Source: an uncultured bacterium
GTDB lineage: Bacteria; Desulfobacterota_D; UBA1144
Direction: 5' to 3'
DNA length: 64,000 bases
Assembly: GCA_913050325.1 (NCBI GenBank)
Contig: CAJWZP010000002.1
Coordinates: 66,180-130,179, forward strand
Part shown: piece by piece, positions 61,839 to 64,000 of the stretch
Position numbering within the stretch: position 1 is the stretch's first letter
How the letters are laid out: each line of letters begins with the position of its first letter
Position numbers and translations under genes: made by a program
Notes under the pieces: model-generated
Told to the model about the DNA's origin: nothing
Seen by the model: only the letters and a program-made list of their open reading frames with translations
Databases searched by the model: none

Positions 61839-62325
61839 ATGTTTTTTTTAAGCCTATATTGAGAAAGTCTAAGCTGATTTTACCTATATATTTATAAATT
61901 ATTTTATTATCTTTCATAAAAAAAGTTTCGGGAACGCCTGATACTCCAAATTCAATGGGTAAAGTTTTTGTTTCGTCATAATAATTTTTATAAATCATAT
62001 AATTATCATCCATAAATTTCTTTGCTTCATTAATTTCATCAAATATATTTATCCCGATAATATAATTTATATTATTTTGCTCTGTAAAACTATTTAAATA
62101 CTTCACTTCGTCAATGCATGGTCTGCACCATGATGCCCAAAAATTAATTATGTAAATACCTTCAAAGGATTTTAAGTCTTTTGTTTGTTCATTATCATTT
62201 ATAATTTTATTTAATTTATAATCTTGAGTAATTTCTTTATCAATTAAAATAAAAGGTGATGAATTTATATTTGTATTATTACAAGAAATTAAAATTAGAA
62301 ATAATAATATTATTTTAATTTTCAT
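61816..62325 (-). CDS. ccmG: thiol:disulfide interchange protein CcmG/DsbE
   Basis: 169 aa with a lipoprotein-like signal (LILISC), the thioredoxin active site WASWCRPC, and GVSGVPETFFMKDNKIIYKYIG (CcmG signature). Confidence 0.88.
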   Translation of the reverse strand: MKIKIILLFLILISCNNTNINSSPFILIDKEITQDYKLNKIINDNEQTKDLKSFEGIYIINFWASWCRPCIDEVKYLNSFTEQNNINYIIGINIFDEINEAKKFMDDNYMIYKNYYDETKTLPIEFGVSGVPETFFMKDNKIIYKYIGKISLDFLNIGLKKTYEYSKNN

Positions 62326-62761
62326 TACAACATTTATTACCCAACTTTGTATTAGTGGAAGGGTAATCTTTATACGCTTCGTCTAACAAGCTCCTTATTT
62401 CTTGCATAGTAAATTTATCTTTTATTAAATATTTAACTGTAAGAGCTACATCTATACAAATTGGACAAGAAACACTATGATTAGTTAAATAAATCGTATC
62501 ATTGTCTATTTTTTTAATAAAACAAGATTTATTACTTGTATGTTTAATTTTCTCACACCCACAATAACATGAAAAATTTTCTAATAATTTATAGTTTTTA
62601 ACTGCATACTCATATGCCTCTTTTGTATCTCCTTTCAATGTTTTCAAAAAAATTATAGAATTTTCTGAAAGAGTAGATGATATACATTGAGTATTTAAGA
62701 TAAAAATTGAAATAAAAATAAATAGAAATTTATTAAACATCAAAATTTTGACTTTCAACAC
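62315..62761 (-). CDS. hypothetical secreted Cys-rich protein (CYCGC motif) encoded between the malic enzyme gene and ccmG
   Basis: 148 aa with a signal peptide and 9 Cys, including FSCYCGCEKIKHT, SCF, SCPIC and a C-terminal KCC. Start 62761 or 62740. Overlaps ccmG by 11 nt. Confidence 0.55.
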   Translation of the reverse strand: MLKVKILMFNKFLFIFISIFILNTQCISSTLSENSIIFLKTLKGDTKEAYEYAVKNYKLLENFSCYCGCEKIKHTSNKSCFIKKIDNDTIYLTNHSVSCPICIDVALTVKYLIKDKFTMQEIRSLLDEAYKDYPSTNTKLGNKCCNEN

Positions 62762-64000
62762 CAGCCATTTTCTCTAATTTTGCCTTATATTCATCTAGAT
62801 TAATTTTTAACCTAGCAACTCCAGTTTCCATTGCAGTTTTTGCTACAGCATAAGATTCCCATACTAATACTCTTGGATCAAAAGGAGAGGGGACTATATA
62901 TTCTTTACCATATACAAGTTCATCTCTGTTATGTTTTTTTGCAATTTCCTCAGGAGCTCCCATTTTAGCAAGTTTAGCTAAAGCAATAGATGCGGCTACC
63001 TTCATTTCTTCATTTATTTCAGTTGCTGCTACATCTAAAGCACCTCTAAAAATGAAAGGAAAGCCTAATACATTATTAACCTGATTTGGATAATCAGTTC
63101 TACCTGTTGCCATAATAATGTCTTGTCTTGCTTCAAATGCATCTTTTGGTGATATTTCCGGATCTGGATTTGCCATAGCAAATACTATTGGATTGTCATT
63201 CATATCTAAAATCATTTCTTTTGAAACAACATTACCAATTGAAAGTCCGACAAATACATCAGAGCCCTTAAAAGTATCCTCTAATGTTCTACAATCTGTT
63301 TCAACAGCAAATTCTTCTTTTTGCTTATTTAAGTTTTCTCTACCTTTATAAATTACTCCTTTACTATCACACATTAATATATTGTTTGGATTCACACCTA
63401 AAGTTATAAATAATCTTGCACAAGAGATTGCCGATGCACCGGCACCATTTATATTAATTCTTATATCAGCCATTTTTTTATCAACTAGCTCACAAGCATT
63501 TACTAAACCAGCTGCTGATATAATAGCTGTTCCATGTTGATCATCATGAAAAACAGGAATGTTCATTTTCTCTTTTAATTCGTCTTCAATTCTAAAACAT
63601 TCAGGAGCTTTTATATCCTCTAAATTAATACCACCGAAAGTTGGTTCAAGAAGTTCAACCGTTCTAATAATTTCATCAACATCAGTAGTTTTAATTTCTA
63701 TGTCAAAAGCATCTACTTGTGCAAATCTTTTAAACAATACTGCTTTTCCTTCCATAACAGGTTTACTAGCTTCTGGACCTAAATCGCCTAAGCCCAAAAC
63801 TGCTGTTCCATTTGAAACAACTGCTACAAGATTTCCTTTGTTTGTATATTTGTATACATTTTGAACATCTTCATGGATTTCTTTACATGGTTCCGCAACC
63901 CATGGTGAGTAAGCTAGGGATAATTCATCCTGAGTCTCTGCAGGTTTAGTTACAGTGGTTTCAATTTTTCCTCTTGGCTCCTTCGAATGATAATTTAAAG
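62733..64000 (-). CDS. maeB: NAD(P)-dependent malic enzyme (short form, no PTA domain evident); 5' end beyond window edge
   Basis: The minus-strand frame is open from 64000. Contains ...LAYSPWVAEPCKEIHEDVQNVYKYTNKGNLVAVVSNGTAVLGLGDLGPEASKPVMEGKAVLFKRFAQVDAFDIEI... (malic enzyme NAD-binding signatures). The 'M' at 63797 in the ORF track is an internal TTG. Confidence 0.85.
   Translation of the reverse strand, partial: LNYHSKEPRGKIETTVTKPAETQDELSLAYSPWVAEPCKEIHEDVQNVYKYTNKGNLVAVVSNGTAVLGLGDLGPEASKPVMEGKAVLFKRFAQVDAFDIEIKTTDVDEIIRTVELLEPTFGGINLEDIKAPECFRIEDELKEKMNIPVFHDDQHGTAIISAAGLVNACELVDKKMADIRININGAGASAISCARLFITLGVNPNNILMCDSKGVIYKGRENLNKQKEEFAVETDCRTLEDTFKGSDVFVGLSIGNVVSKEMILDMNDNPIVFAMANPDPEISPKDAFEARQDIIMATGRTDYPNQVNNVLGFPFIFRGALDVAATEINEEMKVAASIALAKLAKMGAPEEIAKKHNRDELVYGKEYIVPSPFDPRVLVWESYAVAKTAMETGVARLKINLDEYKAKLEKMAGVESQNFDV

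Noticed and set aside
63797-63797. ORF-track start 'M' of the malic enzyme at 63797
   Set aside because: The codon is TTG, internal to a frame that stays open to the window edge and continues to match malic enzyme N-terminal sequence. The gene is 5'-truncated by the window, not starting here.

Overview
This is a strongly AT-rich, extremely compact chromosomal segment. Gene order and coding style fit a streamlined marine alphaproteobacterium of the SAR11/Pelagibacterales type; this is inferred from gene content only, with no database search run. Genes commonly abut or overlap by 1-26 nt and few intergenic spacers exceed 60 nt.

Left to right the window holds:
- The 3' end of an skp-like chaperone gene, then fabZ.
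- A tRNA cluster, Thr(TGT)-Tyr(GTA)-Gly(TCC)-Thr(GGT), then a 53-aa zinc-ribbon rpmG (L33, missed by the ORF track), then tRNA-Trp.
- secE-nusG-rplK-rplA-rplJ-rplL-rpoB-rpoC, with valS translationally coupled to rpoC.
- purF-purL on the minus strand.
- mnmA-mtaB, aspS (minus), era, and an enoyl-CoA hydratase-family gene (minus).
- Two tandem paralogous FmdB-like zinc-ribbon proteins with a large insertion, and a small overlapping minus-strand ORF.
- hisIE (minus), rpoZ, a NUDIX hydrolase, ssb, glmU-glmS.
- A 54-aa two-TM ORF with a strong SD (minus).
- A blue-tuned proteorhodopsin gene with its own terminator, followed by crtI-crtB-crtY-blh (retinal biosynthesis).
- A coupled 91-aa unknown ORF, then purD.
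- The str operon (rpsL-rpsG-fusA-tuf) and contiguous S10-spc-alpha operons through rplQ, with no rpmD/L30 and no rpmJ/L36.
- A luciferase-like oxidoreductase.
- ubiE-metF (minus).
- An N/I-rich exported hypothetical protein.
- A minus-strand unit: malic enzyme (5' end outside window) - Cys-rich CYCGC periplasmic protein - ccmG - ccmH - class II CPD photolyase.

No CRISPR arrays, IS elements, rRNA genes or large repeats were seen. The candidates for undescribed biology are all small:
- the tandem split zinc-ribbon paralog pair;
- the small ORFs flanking the proteorhodopsin/retinal cluster;
- the Cys-rich protein embedded in the ccmGH-photolyase unit;
- the exported N/I-rich protein.
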